Shown here: positions 28,396 to 37,709 of the stretch, piece by piece
How positions within the stretch are numbered: the first letter of the stretch is position 1
Layout of the letters: every line of letters starts with the position of its first letter
From: Elusimicrobiota bacterium
GTDB lineage: Bacteria > Elusimicrobiota > Elusimicrobia > UBA1565
Direction of reading: 5' to 3'
Assembly (NCBI GenBank): GCA_043827405.1
Contig: JBDRPD010000066.1
Span: forward strand, 32,001 to 96,000
DNA: 64,000 nucleotides
Made by a program: the position numbers and the translations under genes
The notes under the pieces: generated by a model
What the model was told of the DNA's origin: nothing
The model's database searches: none
What the model saw: the letters and a program-made list of their open reading frames with translations, nothing else

Positions 28396-29590
28396 GCAGC
28401 CTCCGGGCGGTGCGGCGCGCGGCGCGTGATTTGAAGTGGGTCTGAATGACGAGATAGTCGATCAGCGGCGCCGTCACGTTCATGAACAGGATGGCCAGCA
28501 TCATGCCTTCAGGGTATGCCGGGTTGATGGTGCGCACGAGGATGCAGATGACGCCGATGAGGATGCCGTATACCCATTGGCCGAACTTGGTGCCGGCGGC
28601 GGATACGGGATCGGTGGCCATGAAGACAGTCCCGAACATGAAGCCGCCGAGACAGAGATGCCAGGTGTAGGGCAAGGACATCAGCGCCGAGGATTCCGGG
28701 CCGGCGAGATTCGCGACCAAAGACGACATGCCGATCGCGCCGATGACGCAAGCGGCCATAATGCGCCAGCTGCCGATTCCGGTGATGATGAGGATCGCGG
28801 CGCCGATGAGGCACCCAAGGGTGGAGACCTCGCCGATCGAACCTGGGATGCGGCCGATAAATGCGTCCCGCAGCGTGAAGCCGGCCGCCTCGAGCGTCTC
28901 GATAGCGCGGGGGCCTACGGCGTTGGAAGCCGCGAGCAGCGGCGTGGCGCCGGAGAAGCCGTCGATGAGCTTGTCCTTCGCCGGCTGGATATAGGTCCAG
29001 ACCTTGTCGCCGGAAATGCTTGCCGGGTAGGCGAAGAACACAAAAGCGCGCGCCGTCAGCGCGGGGTTCAGAATGTTCATCCCGGTGCCGCCGAAGACTT
29101 CCTTGCCGATGACGACGCCGAAGGATATGCCGACGGCCACCATCCACAGCGGGATCGTCGGGGGGAGCGTCAAGGGGAACAGCAGCCCCGTTACCAGGAA
29201 GCCCTCATTGATCTCGTGTTTGCGTACGATCGAGAACAATACCTCCCAGGCACCGCCGACCGCGTAGGAGACGATGATGATGGGCAGAATCGAGCGCAGG
29301 CCCGTCAGGATGCAGGAGACGACGTCCGCCGGCAGGCCCTTCGCCGTCAGCGCCTGGAAGCCGATATTGTAGGTGCCGAAGAGCAGACAGGGGACGAGCG
29401 CCAACACAACGACCGACATCAGTCGCTTCATGTCAAGGGCGTCGCGGACATGCGGCCCCTTCTTGGTTAGGTCCGGGGGCGAGAACAGGAAGGTCTCATT
29501 GGCCTCGTAAAGCGGATAGAACTTTTCAAACGGGCCTCCCTTCTCGAACTTCGGCCGCATCTCCTCGAGCTTTTCCAGTATGAACTTCAC
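28388..29590 (-). CDS. nqrB: Na+-NQR subunit B
   Basis: GKEVFGGTG, SGAT FMN-attachment motif, FMATDPVS, PAYPEG. Confidence 0.97.
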   Translation of the reverse strand: MKFILEKLEEMRPKFEKGGPFEKFYPLYEANETFLFSPPDLTKKGPHVRDALDMKRLMSVVVLALVPCLLFGTYNIGFQALTAKGLPADVVSCILTGLRSILPIIIVSYAVGGAWEVLFSIVRKHEINEGFLVTGLLFPLTLPPTIPLWMVAVGISFGVVIGKEVFGGTGMNILNPALTARAFVFFAYPASISGDKVWTYIQPAKDKLIDGFSGATPLLAASNAVGPRAIETLEAAGFTLRDAFIGRIPGSIGEVSTLGCLIGAAILIITGIGSWRIMAACVIGAIGMSSLVANLAGPESSALMSLPYTWHLCLGGFMFGTVFMATDPVSAAGTKFGQWVYGILIGVICILVRTINPAYPEGMMLAILFMNVTAPLIDYLVIQTHFKSRAARRTARRLHA

Positions 29591-29591
29591 T

Positions 29592-30938
29592 CTAGCCTTC
29601 CTTCATGAGCGCGTTCAGCCCTCGGCTGATGATCTCGCCGATCTCAATCTTCGACGGACAGACGAAGGTGCATAGACCGCATTCTGCGCAGTCGAGAATG
29701 CCGTGCTTTTCTGTCTCTTCGATATCGCCGGCGAGTATTGACTTGGCCAAGTACTGGGGGAGTATGTCCACGGGACAAAGGTCCTCGTAGATGCCGTTCA
29801 TCACGAAGTTGCGGATGCTCCCGCGCAGGGTGGTATCCAGCGCCCACGAGCCGCCGGGAACAAGCGATGACATGAACGTTCGCGATAGACTGAACTTATC
29901 GAATCCGGGACGCACAAAACTGAGCAGTTCGCGCTCGCCGCCTTCCTTTATTACGTAAAGAACCGTATCGTAATAGCCGATAAAGCCGTTTTTGTCTATC
30001 CGGCGTCCGGTCAGGATGCCGCCGGAGACATGCCGCAGTTCGCCGGGTTCTACCTTCCCCTGTGTCAGACTGTCAACGGAAGCGCCGACGCGGGAGCGGA
30101 AGTAAAAGCGTTCTTTAGCCGCCGCGCCGCAGACGGAGATTATGCGCTCTATCGGGTAGCGGCCGGTGGTGAAAAAACGGGCGATCGCCACGGCGTTCTG
30201 TGCCGACACGTACCAGGCGGTCTCTCGGGCCTGCGGGGGAGCGACATAGTAAATCTGTACGGCGGGGCTGCCCACCGGATAAGGGCCGGAAAAACGATGG
30301 ACTTCGCAGTTGCGCGCATTGACCAGCGGTTTGGCTGAAGCGCCGCCCCCGATGCAGAGATGTACGCCTCCGTCCGTGAGCTTGCCGAGGAGGTCGATAC
30401 CGAGCTGAAGCATATCACCCTGCTCGGCGATAATGGCGTTGGGATCGACGTCAAAAGGATCTTCCGCCATCGCATTCACAAAGACCGTTTTGGGCGCGAC
30501 GTCCGGCTGGGCGATCCGCGAGAAGGGCCGTTGGCGTATCATGGGCCACAGGCCGGCTGCAAGCAGGCGCTCGCTGATCTGCGCGCGCTCAAGCTTGCGG
30601 GCCGCCTCGGAGGTTAACTTCTCAAACTCTTCGTACTTCTCATCCTTATCGGTCTCGATGATGATTTCCAGAGGCTTGCGGCGCTCGCCGTAGCGAATCT
30701 GCACGACTTTGCCGCCGCCGGGCGAGACGAAGCGAATCCGGGTGTCGTCCTTGTCCTCCATCAAGACGGTCCCGACTTTAACCGAGTCGCCCTCGCGGAC
30801 CTTCAGGCGGGGACGCAGATAGCGGAAGTCCGGGGGCTGCAGCGCGACACGCGTCGTGCTGGGGCCGTCCATAACTTGGGGTTCGGGCCTGCCGGCGAGA
30901 GGGAGGGTTAGGCCGTTGTCGATTTCGATGTGCGTCAT
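29592..30938 (-). CDS. nqrA: Na+-NQR subunit A
   Basis: First gene of nqrA-F; GLTLPLAGRP, GLWPMIRQRPFS, VCPSKIE; start ATG 30938 (ORF track 30983). Confidence 0.93.
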   Translation of the reverse strand: MTHIEIDNGLTLPLAGRPEPQVMDGPSTTRVALQPPDFRYLRPRLKVREGDSVKVGTVLMEDKDDTRIRFVSPGGGKVVQIRYGERRKPLEIIIETDKDEKYEEFEKLTSEAARKLERAQISERLLAAGLWPMIRQRPFSRIAQPDVAPKTVFVNAMAEDPFDVDPNAIIAEQGDMLQLGIDLLGKLTDGGVHLCIGGGASAKPLVNARNCEVHRFSGPYPVGSPAVQIYYVAPPQARETAWYVSAQNAVAIARFFTTGRYPIERIISVCGAAAKERFYFRSRVGASVDSLTQGKVEPGELRHVSGGILTGRRIDKNGFIGYYDTVLYVIKEGGERELLSFVRPGFDKFSLSRTFMSSLVPGGSWALDTTLRGSIRNFVMNGIYEDLCPVDILPQYLAKSILAGDIEETEKHGILDCAECGLCTFVCPSKIEIGEIISRGLNALMKEG

Positions 30939-30991
30939 GGTGTTTAGCTGGCTTATTATAAGAAAAACAAATTTAAAAATCAAAACCTAAG

Positions 30992-31027
30992 TGAAAGAAA
31001 CGGCCCTCCGTCAACGGACGGAGGGCC
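30992..31027 (-). terminator. Rho-independent terminator of 31048..31854
   Basis: 11-bp stem GGCCCTCCGTC/GACGGAGGGCC (31002-31027) followed by GTTTCTTT on the minus strand. Confidence 0.8.
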
Positions 31028-31047
31028 AGGACGGATGTCTGTTTGTG

Positions 31048-31854
31048 TCAGCCTACGGGGAACTCGCGAATCGAGTCGGGGCTGGTGTAGATGTACCTCT
31101 TGTCGTGCCCGTCGTCGCGCAGCTTGAAGAGGAAGTCTCCGCTGCCGGTTCGCGTCGCCAGGATGGAGCGGTTTTTTCCTCCTCGCAGGTAGGCCGCCAT
31201 TTCCGCCGCCGCGGAGGATTTGTTCTCCGTTTGCTCATTCAGTTTCGCCGCGATACCCTGCAGCGCCGGGTGTTCGAGAAGCATGCCGAATGCGGACGGC
31301 TCGAGGATCAGCGCTTCCTTAAGGACACCCTTCTCGTGCTCGAGGATCCCGGCGGTAGATTCGATGGCCTCGAGATCCGGCGAAAGGCGGCGCACAACGA
31401 CCGCTCCCGTGCGCGGATCCCCGTAGGCCGCCATGAGCCCGTCATCGCGGACCTCCAGGGCGCTGCGTGCGAGCTTCGCCTCGCCGTATTCAATAGTCGC
31501 CGAGATGGGAACATAGTAGACTCCCTCGGTTTTGGGATCATAAAATGTGTAATGTGCCGCGTCACGGGCGGGGTCGCGCAGGATGAGCCAGCCGGCGCGC
31601 AACCCGTCCAGCATGCTGCCGACGTTCTTGCTGCCCATCTTGGCGGTTCTCAGGTACTCGCTGACCGATTTTGCGCTGAACCCCGCATCCCGCAGGTGCC
31701 AGAATAAGACGGCGTCTTCGCCTTCGAAGATGCCGAGCACGGCGTTGGGGTCCTGCCGGGTCCCCGCCTGAGCGCCCGGTATCTCGGCGCACAAGGGCTG
31801 GATGCTCAGGATGAGCGCCGTCAGCGCTCCGCAGAGTATTCTAAATCTTCCCAT
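31048..31854 (-). CDS. Hypothetical exported protein
   Basis: GGAGG RBS, signal peptide, own terminator; no family recognised. Confidence 0.7.
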   Translation of the reverse strand: MGRFRILCGALTALILSIQPLCAEIPGAQAGTRQDPNAVLGIFEGEDAVLFWHLRDAGFSAKSVSEYLRTAKMGSKNVGSMLDGLRAGWLILRDPARDAAHYTFYDPKTEGVYYVPISATIEYGEAKLARSALEVRDDGLMAAYGDPRTGAVVVRRLSPDLEAIESTAGILEHEKGVLKEALILEPSAFGMLLEHPALQGIAAKLNEQTENKSSAAAEMAAYLRGGKNRSILATRTGSGDFLFKLRDDGHDKRYIYTSPDSIREFPVG

Positions 31855-31898
31855 GTCCCACCTCCATCGAAAGGCCCAGCCTCTCTAGGACTAGTATG

Positions 31899-31959
31899 GG
31901 ACCGAACAGCCCCTTCTCCCAGGGCAGAAGGGCCTTGGCGGCATTGGGCCATAGGTCCC
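31899..31959. promoter_or_regulatory. Three imperfect palindromic boxes with 23-24-bp period in divergent intergenic region
   Basis: GGACCGAACAGCCC (31899), GGGCAGAAGGGCCT (31922), GGGCCATAGGTCCC (31946); resemble the boxes at 34-116. Confidence 0.5.
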
Positions 31960-32008
31960 ATCCCCCGATTCATTGAATAACGCCGCCATTCAGTTTATAC
32001 TATGCATG

Positions 32009-32512
32009 ATGAATAGATGGGGATGCTTGCGGTGCGGCTTGCTGCTGCTCTTGCTGACGGGGCTGTCCGCCGGTCCCGGGAAAAGAGCGGCTGTCGGGCA
32101 ATTCGGTTCGGACGTCGAATTGATGAGCGTCGTTAGCAAGCGTGCGAACGTCCGCGAAGAACCGGACGAAGATGCCGAAATCCTGTGGCAAATGTGGCGC
32201 TTCATGCCGGTCGAGGTGATCGCTTACCGAGGCGATTGGCGCAAGGTCCGTGATTTGGACGGCGATACAGGGTGGATGCATAAAGTGGCGCTGGCCGATA
32301 TCCCGACCGTCATGGTCAAGAGTAAAGACGCCAAGCTGCGTAAGTCGCGAGGCGGCAAGGTCGTATGGCTGCTTGATCGCGGTTTCGCTCTTCGTGTCTT
32401 CAGTGTTCGCGGCGATTGGATCGAGGTCAGCGATCTCTCGACCGCATCGGGGTGGATCCACAAGAGCGCCGTTTGGGGATATACCACGGACGCTTCCCTT
32501 AAAGATAACTGA
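32009..32512 (+). CDS. Exported protein with two bacterial SH3 domains
   Basis: ANVREEP..W..VRD.DG..GWMH and LR..GDWIEV..GWIH repeats; signal peptide; start 32006/32009 (ORF track 31973). Confidence 0.85.
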   Translation: MNRWGCLRCGLLLLLLTGLSAGPGKRAAVGQFGSDVELMSVVSKRANVREEPDEDAEILWQMWRFMPVEVIAYRGDWRKVRDLDGDTGWMHKVALADIPTVMVKSKDAKLRKSRGGKVVWLLDRGFALRVFSVRGDWIEVSDLSTASGWIHKSAVWGYTTDASLKDN

Positions 32513-32985
32513 TGAATGTCGTCCTTATCGAGCCGGAGATCCATTTCAATACCGGCAATATCGGCCGGACTTGTGTGGGGGCGGGAGCGGAACTGCATTT
32601 GGTGGGACGCCTGGGCTTTTCGCTCGACTGCGCGCAGATTAGACGTTCGGGGCTCGATTACTGGCCCAAGCTGCGGCTGCGGCGGCATGAGGATTTCGCG
32701 TCTTTTCTCGCGAGTATGACGGAGGCCGATCCTCCTTTATATTTCTTTTCGGCCGAGGCGTCGAAGACTTACTGGGAGGCCGATTTTCATCCGGGGAGCT
32801 ATCTCGTGTTCGGAAAGGAGTCGGTTGGTCTAGCGGCGGAGATTAGGGAAAAGTACCGCGACCGCACTTACCGCATTCCCCATTCCGGCAGGATACGTTC
32901 GCTCAATTTGGGGACCGCGGCGGCAGTCGTCCTGTATGAAGCGCTGCGTCAGACCGGACGTGTCGGCGCGAGTGGAGGCGGTTAA
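32512..32985 (+). CDS. trmL: tRNA (cytidine/uridine-34-2'-O)-methyltransferase
   Basis: EPEIHFNTGNIGRTC, RRSGLDYW, FGKESVGL, RSLNL. Confidence 0.95.
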   Translation: MNVVLIEPEIHFNTGNIGRTCVGAGAELHLVGRLGFSLDCAQIRRSGLDYWPKLRLRRHEDFASFLASMTEADPPLYFFSAEASKTYWEADFHPGSYLVFGKESVGLAAEIREKYRDRTYRIPHSGRIRSLNLGTAAAVVLYEALRQTGRVGASGGG

Positions 32986-33176
32986 GGGGCGACCGCTCGG
33001 TTGCAGTTCTTGCACCAGCCGCCGATCCTGCCGTTGGCGGCTTTGCGCGACAGCCTGACGGGTTTGCCGCATCCGGGGCAGCCTACGCTCAGCGGGCTCA
33101 TGTCGATTTTCGGATAGTCCTTCTCGAATATATCCTTGCCCGGATAGCGCGGAGCGAGCCATTTCCCTGGCTTCAT
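32982..33176 (-). CDS. Small zinc-ribbon protein (64 aa)
   Basis: GGAGG RBS before ATG 33176; CPGC..CKNC. Confidence 0.65.
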   Translation of the reverse strand: MKPGKWLAPRYPGKDIFEKDYPKIDMSPLSVGCPGCGKPVRLSRKAANGRIGGWCKNCNRAVAP

Positions 33177-33220
33177 TTTCCCTCCAATTTGAATGTTAGT
33201 ATAATCATCTTTCCCGAAAA

Positions 33221-33904
33221 ATGCCAAGCAGAAAACTCCCAGCCTTTGTGTTGGTCCGGCCCCGAAACCCCGGCAATATTGGAGCGGCCGCGCGCGTCAT
33301 GGCGAACTTCGGCTTCGCTGATCTGCGCATTGTCGCGCCCTATCCTCCTATTTGGGACGACGCGCTGAAACTGGCCGCGGATTCCAAGTCGCTGGTGCGC
33401 CGCGCCAAGGTATATAAGACGCTTCCGCTGGCGTTGGCGGACCGCGCTCGCGTTTACGGCACCAGCAGCCTCAAGGGCCGAACCTCGGGCCTGACGGCGC
33501 GGAGCCTCCCCGCCTTGCGAATCATCGCGGGGTGCGCGCTGGTTTTTGGTCCTGAAAATAACGGATTGTCGGAAGATGATCTGCAGTACTGCGATGAACT
33601 GCTGCATATCCAGACCACGGAACGCCACTCTTCCCTCAATCTGGCGCAGGCCGTGGCCATTGTCTGCTACGGGATCAGCTGTGCTGAGCCCACGGTGGAA
33701 AGCGAACGCGCTCTCATCCCCTGGCGCGGAGTTGAAAGGCTGATCGACGAGGGGGAGCGGGCGTTTAGAAAACTCCGTTATCGTCCCGCCATGACCCCGG
33801 CCGGTCGCCGTACCCGTCTGAGGAAGATCCTAAGGAAGCGGGGTCTGAGCAGGGAAGAGGCGGGGATGCTGTCCGAACTGCTGCGCCGGGTTATCGAGTC
33901 CTGA
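33221..33904 (+). CDS. TrmJ/LasT-family SPOUT RNA methyltransferase
   Basis: VLVRPRNPGNIGAAARVMANFG, FGPENNGLS, SSLNLAQAV. Confidence 0.9.
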   Translation: MPSRKLPAFVLVRPRNPGNIGAAARVMANFGFADLRIVAPYPPIWDDALKLAADSKSLVRRAKVYKTLPLALADRARVYGTSSLKGRTSGLTARSLPALRIIAGCALVFGPENNGLSEDDLQYCDELLHIQTTERHSSLNLAQAVAIVCYGISCAEPTVESERALIPWRGVERLIDEGERAFRKLRYRPAMTPAGRRTRLRKILRKRGLSREEAGMLSELLRRVIES

Positions 33905-33917
33905 CCTGGCCGCCGAT

Positions 33918-34865
33918 TCAGCGGTCGCGGGAAATAATGTAGTCCGCCAGATCGTGCAGCGGCGCGGCTTTGGCGCCGAAAACCTTAAGGCTGCGGTGAG
34001 CCCGGGCCGTCCACTTTTCAGCGAGATCGCGGGAACCTTCGATTCCGTAGAGTTTCGGATAAGTCAGCTTATTGTTATCGAGGTCTGAGCCGCGCTTCCC
34101 CATTTTCTCCTTGTCTCCCACGCGGTCGAGGATGTCGTCGGCGATCTGAAAAGCCAGGCCGATCGCGCGGCCATACTCCCGCAGCGCGCGCCTTTCCGCG
34201 GCATGCGCGCGGGCCAGGATCGCGCCGGCTTCGAGGCTGGCCGTGATCAGCGCGGCGGTCTTGTGCGTATGGATATATTCCAGAAGCCGGCGCGCGGCCT
34301 GTCGGCGGCCGTTCGTCATCGTCCGGGTCGAGAAGCCCTCGGCGTTTAGATCGGCCGCTTGTCCGCCGACCATCCCGCGAGAACCGGAGCCTGCGGCGAT
34401 GACGCGGATGAGCTCGGAGGACGCTTTACCGGGGAGCCCGAGAGCCTGGGCGTTCTCCGCGGCCAGCTCGAATGCCCAGGTAAGGAGGCCGTCTCCGGAG
34501 AGCACCGCCAATGCTTCGCCGAAGACTTTATGGCTGGTCGGCTTCCCGCGGCGGAGGTCATCATCGTCCATCGCCGGCAGGTCGTCATGGATGAGCGAGT
34601 AGGTGTGGATCATCTCCAGCGCGCAGGCGGTGCGCAGGACCTTCGCCCCCGGCTGCCGGCAGCACTCGGAAGCGGACATGACCAGGATCGGCCGCAAACG
34701 TTTGCCGCCGGCCAGCAGTGAATAGCCCATTGACTTGCGGATGCCGGCCGGCATCGGCTGCAGAAAGGGGATCGCCGCTTGGCCCTTGCGCGCCAACAGC
34801 CGCTTGAGTTCCCGTTCAACGCGGGCGCCCCGAGTTTTGAGATACTGCTTAAGTTTTCTGTTCAT
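33918..34865 (-). CDS. ispA: Polyprenyl (farnesyl/geranylgeranyl) diphosphate synthase
   Basis: GGKRLRP, HDDLPAMDDDDLRRGKP, GLAFQIADDILD. Confidence 0.92.
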   Translation of the reverse strand: MNRKLKQYLKTRGARVERELKRLLARKGQAAIPFLQPMPAGIRKSMGYSLLAGGKRLRPILVMSASECCRQPGAKVLRTACALEMIHTYSLIHDDLPAMDDDDLRRGKPTSHKVFGEALAVLSGDGLLTWAFELAAENAQALGLPGKASSELIRVIAAGSGSRGMVGGQAADLNAEGFSTRTMTNGRRQAARRLLEYIHTHKTAALITASLEAGAILARAHAAERRALREYGRAIGLAFQIADDILDRVGDKEKMGKRGSDLDNNKLTYPKLYGIEGSRDLAEKWTARAHRSLKVFGAKAAPLHDLADYIISRDR

Positions 34866-35562
34866 GCCTGTCCCCTGCCAGCCTGTTGATGAATTCTAAC
34901 AAGTACGCACCAAGAATTCGACCGCCGCGCCGCTGAGCGAGCGCGAGGCGGAGCAGTAGGGGGAGGTCCCGGAAATGGGACGCGGCGTAGCGGAGGATGT
35001 CCGGCAGCGCCGCGCTGACGGGGATGTCCGTCGGTATGCGGTGCTCTATTTCGTCGAGTATGACGCGCACGCTGACGGCGGTCGTTCCGCATTCCTGTGC
35101 CCAACTGCGCAGCGCGTCGCTTTCCATATCAACGGCGGCGGCACGCTTTTCGTCTCCCAGGGCGCGCTTCCGGGCCGGCTCCGCCACCACCTGGCTGCTT
35201 GATATGATTCGACCGAGGTGCAGCTCGCTGCGCAGCCGGTCCGCGGCGGAGCGCGCACAATCCGTGTAGCTCTCGGGAGCGCCATGCAGGTCGGCGACGA
35301 TATCTCCAGACGCGAGGCCGGCTTGTAGGGCGCCGGCGAAGCCCGTGCTGATCGCCGCGGTGAGCGGGTTGGACAGCCAGGGCGCAGCGTTCTTGAGGCT
35401 AGCCATTGTGGAAGCGGCGCCCATGCCGGTCTTAAGCAGTACGATATCCTCATGCATCACGCGTCCATTATGGATGAATCCCGCTTCGGGGTTTCGGCGC
35501 AGTCCGAGACTGTGCGCGATCGGGCCGACCTCCCAAGGCGTCGCCGCCGTCAGCAGGATCAC
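34849..35562 (-). CDS. hpnG: Hopanoid-associated nucleoside phosphorylase
   Basis: TGMG, STGFAGAL, AVDME, VRVILD PNP/MTAN motifs; in shc-hpnH cluster. Confidence 0.8.
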   Translation of the reverse strand: MILLTAATPWEVGPIAHSLGLRRNPEAGFIHNGRVMHEDIVLLKTGMGAASTMASLKNAAPWLSNPLTAAISTGFAGALQAGLASGDIVADLHGAPESYTDCARSAADRLRSELHLGRIISSSQVVAEPARKRALGDEKRAAAVDMESDALRSWAQECGTTAVSVRVILDEIEHRIPTDIPVSAALPDILRYAASHFRDLPLLLRLALAQRRGGRILGAYLLEFINRLAGDRHEQKT

Positions 35563-36575
35563 GGCATGCTCCGCGTCAGAGTATCGGGCATGGGTGCGTA
35601 GCCGTTGCGGCAGAACCAGAGAGCGGCATCGCGCAGCGCCGTGCGTGCGGGAGTCTGCGGGAGGCCGAGCTCACGGACGGCTTTGGACGAGTCATAAAAC
35701 ATCTTGTAGCGCGCCATGCGGACCGCGTCTAGAGGCGCGATAGGTTCGACGCCGAATAGTTTGGCGCGGGCGGAGTCGATTGCGCCGAAAATCAGCGCGG
35801 CGGCATAGGGCGTCCGGTAGCGGGGTGCCGGGAGCCCGGTCAGCTCAGCAAGGAGGTCAAGGATGTCCTTAAAAGGCAGATTCTCACCGCCGAGGATATA
35901 GCGCTCTCCGATGCGGCCCTTCACCGCCGCGAGGTAGTGTCCGACCGCGACGTCCCGGACATGGATCACGTTAAGCCCGGTGTCGAGATAAGACGGAAGC
36001 CGGCGGTTTAAGAAATCAACGACGACTTTCCCCGTCGGCGTCGGCTTGATGTCGTAAGGGCCGATCGGTGCGGCGGGGTTGACAATAACCACGGGCAGCC
36101 CGGCCGCAGCTTTCTCGAGGACCGCACGCTCCGCCAGCCATTTGGATTGTTTATAGACGCCGATGATCCCCGCGGTCCCCGTATATTCGGATTTTTCATC
36201 AACCGGGATATCTCCGTCCGGCGGCTTGATGGCGGCGACGCTGGAGCAGTAGACGATGCGTTCCGCTCCGGCGGCGGCTTCGAGCACATTGAGGCTGCCC
36301 GTGATATTCGCAGCGTACATCTCCTCGGGATCGGGGACCCAGATGCGGTAATCGGCGGCGACATGAAAGACGTAGCGGGCGCCGCGGCAGCCCTCGTCGA
36401 GCGAGGTCCGGTCGCGCAGATCGCCGACAACCTTCTCGACATCCAGTCCGGCGAGGTTGTCCAGGCGCGAGCCGCTGCGTACCAGAGCGCGGACGCGCAT
36501 CCCTTTATCAATTAGGACGCGGACGACATTGGAGCCGACAAAGCCTGTCGCGCCCGTTACGAAGGCGGTGTCCAC
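35559..36575 (-). CDS. hpnA: Hopanoid-associated NAD-dependent epimerase/dehydratase
   Basis: TGATGFVG, HVAADYRIW, YKQSK, DIKPTPTG. Confidence 0.92.
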   Translation of the reverse strand: MDTAFVTGATGFVGSNVVRVLIDKGMRVRALVRSGSRLDNLAGLDVEKVVGDLRDRTSLDEGCRGARYVFHVAADYRIWVPDPEEMYAANITGSLNVLEAAAGAERIVYCSSVAAIKPPDGDIPVDEKSEYTGTAGIIGVYKQSKWLAERAVLEKAAAGLPVVIVNPAAPIGPYDIKPTPTGKVVVDFLNRRLPSYLDTGLNVIHVRDVAVGHYLAAVKGRIGERYILGGENLPFKDILDLLAELTGLPAPRYRTPYAAALIFGAIDSARAKLFGVEPIAPLDAVRMARYKMFYDSSKAVRELGLPQTPARTALRDAALWFCRNGYAPMPDTLTRSMP

Positions 36576-37696
36576 TAGTTGCAGCGGCCGCCGCAGCCGC
36601 AGGCGCTGCTGCTCTCATCTTTGCGGGAGTGCGTTTTCGTCCCGTGCGCATGCGCGCAGCCCGCCTCCTTGCGCCCGCCGGTGTGCAGGACGTAGTCGGC
36701 GGCGAGTTCAAAGAACTTTCCAACGCTCGAGAAGGCGTCCTTGACTGCGGTGGGTTCGTAGCCGGCGTGGCACATGCAGTTGGCGCATTTGGGATTACCG
36801 GATTTGTAGCCGTAATCCTGCCATTCCGTAACTTCCAGCAGTTCCTTGTACGATTCGGCGTAGCCCGCATCGTCCATCAGGTAGCAGGGGCTCTGCCAAC
36901 CGAAGATATTGCGCAGCGGGATGCCCCAGGGGGTGCAGTCGTAATCGCGCTTGCCCTCCAGAAAATCCAGGTAGAAGGGGCTGTGGTTGAAATCCCAGCC
37001 TTTGTCGCGCCAGCCTTTGAGTGTCTCGGCGAACCACTTCTTGGTCTCGTCCCGCTTCAGGAACAGCTCCTGCTTTGGCGCTTTTTCGTAGCTGTAGCCG
37101 GGTGAGAGCATCATGCCGTCGACGCTCAGGGCCGTCATCTTGTCGAAGAAATCCCGGAAATCCGCGGAGGACTCTCCTTGGAAGATCGTGGTGTTGGTCA
37201 TGACATGAAAGCCGAGCGACTTCGCCTTTTTGATCCCGGCGATTGCGGTTTGGTAGACGCCGTCTTTGCCGACAACCCGGTCGTGGATCTTCTCATTGCC
37301 GTCGAGATGGATGCTGAATACTAGTTGGCTCGACGGTTTGAATTTATGCAGGCTGCGCTCCAGCAGCAAGGCATTGGTGCAAAGGTAGATGTATTTGCCG
37401 TGGGCTATCAGTCCCTCGACGATCTGGTCGATTTGCTCGTGGGCGAGCGGTTCACCTCCGGCGATCGCGACGATCGGCGCGCCGCATTCCTCGGCCGCGT
37501 CGATGCATTCCTGCGGCGACAGCCGCTTTTTGAGAATTTCCGGAGGGTGTTGGATTTTGCCGCAGCCCGCGCAATTCAGGTTGCAGGCGAACAGCGGTTC
37601 GAGCTCAAGGACTAAGGCGTATTTTTCGCGCCTCCGGAGCCTTCGCTCAAGGATGTGGCGGAACACGGCCAGCTGCATGCGAAAAGGGATCGCCAT
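36575..37696 (-). CDS. hpnH: Adenosylhopane synthase (radical SAM)
   Basis: LEPLFACNLNCAGCGKI CxxxCxxC motif, CTPWG, CANCMCHAGYEPTAV. Confidence 0.95.
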   Translation of the reverse strand: MAIPFRMQLAVFRHILERRLRRREKYALVLELEPLFACNLNCAGCGKIQHPPEILKKRLSPQECIDAAEECGAPIVAIAGGEPLAHEQIDQIVEGLIAHGKYIYLCTNALLLERSLHKFKPSSQLVFSIHLDGNEKIHDRVVGKDGVYQTAIAGIKKAKSLGFHVMTNTTIFQGESSADFRDFFDKMTALSVDGMMLSPGYSYEKAPKQELFLKRDETKKWFAETLKGWRDKGWDFNHSPFYLDFLEGKRDYDCTPWGIPLRNIFGWQSPCYLMDDAGYAESYKELLEVTEWQDYGYKSGNPKCANCMCHAGYEPTAVKDAFSSVGKFFELAADYVLHTGGRKEAGCAHAHGTKTHSRKDESSSACGCGGRCN

Positions 37697-37709
37697 ATGG
37701 GAAATTCTC

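Noticed and set aside
30991..31707. 238-aa plus-strand ORF
   Set aside because: Antisense to 31048..31854, which has the RBS, signal peptide and terminator
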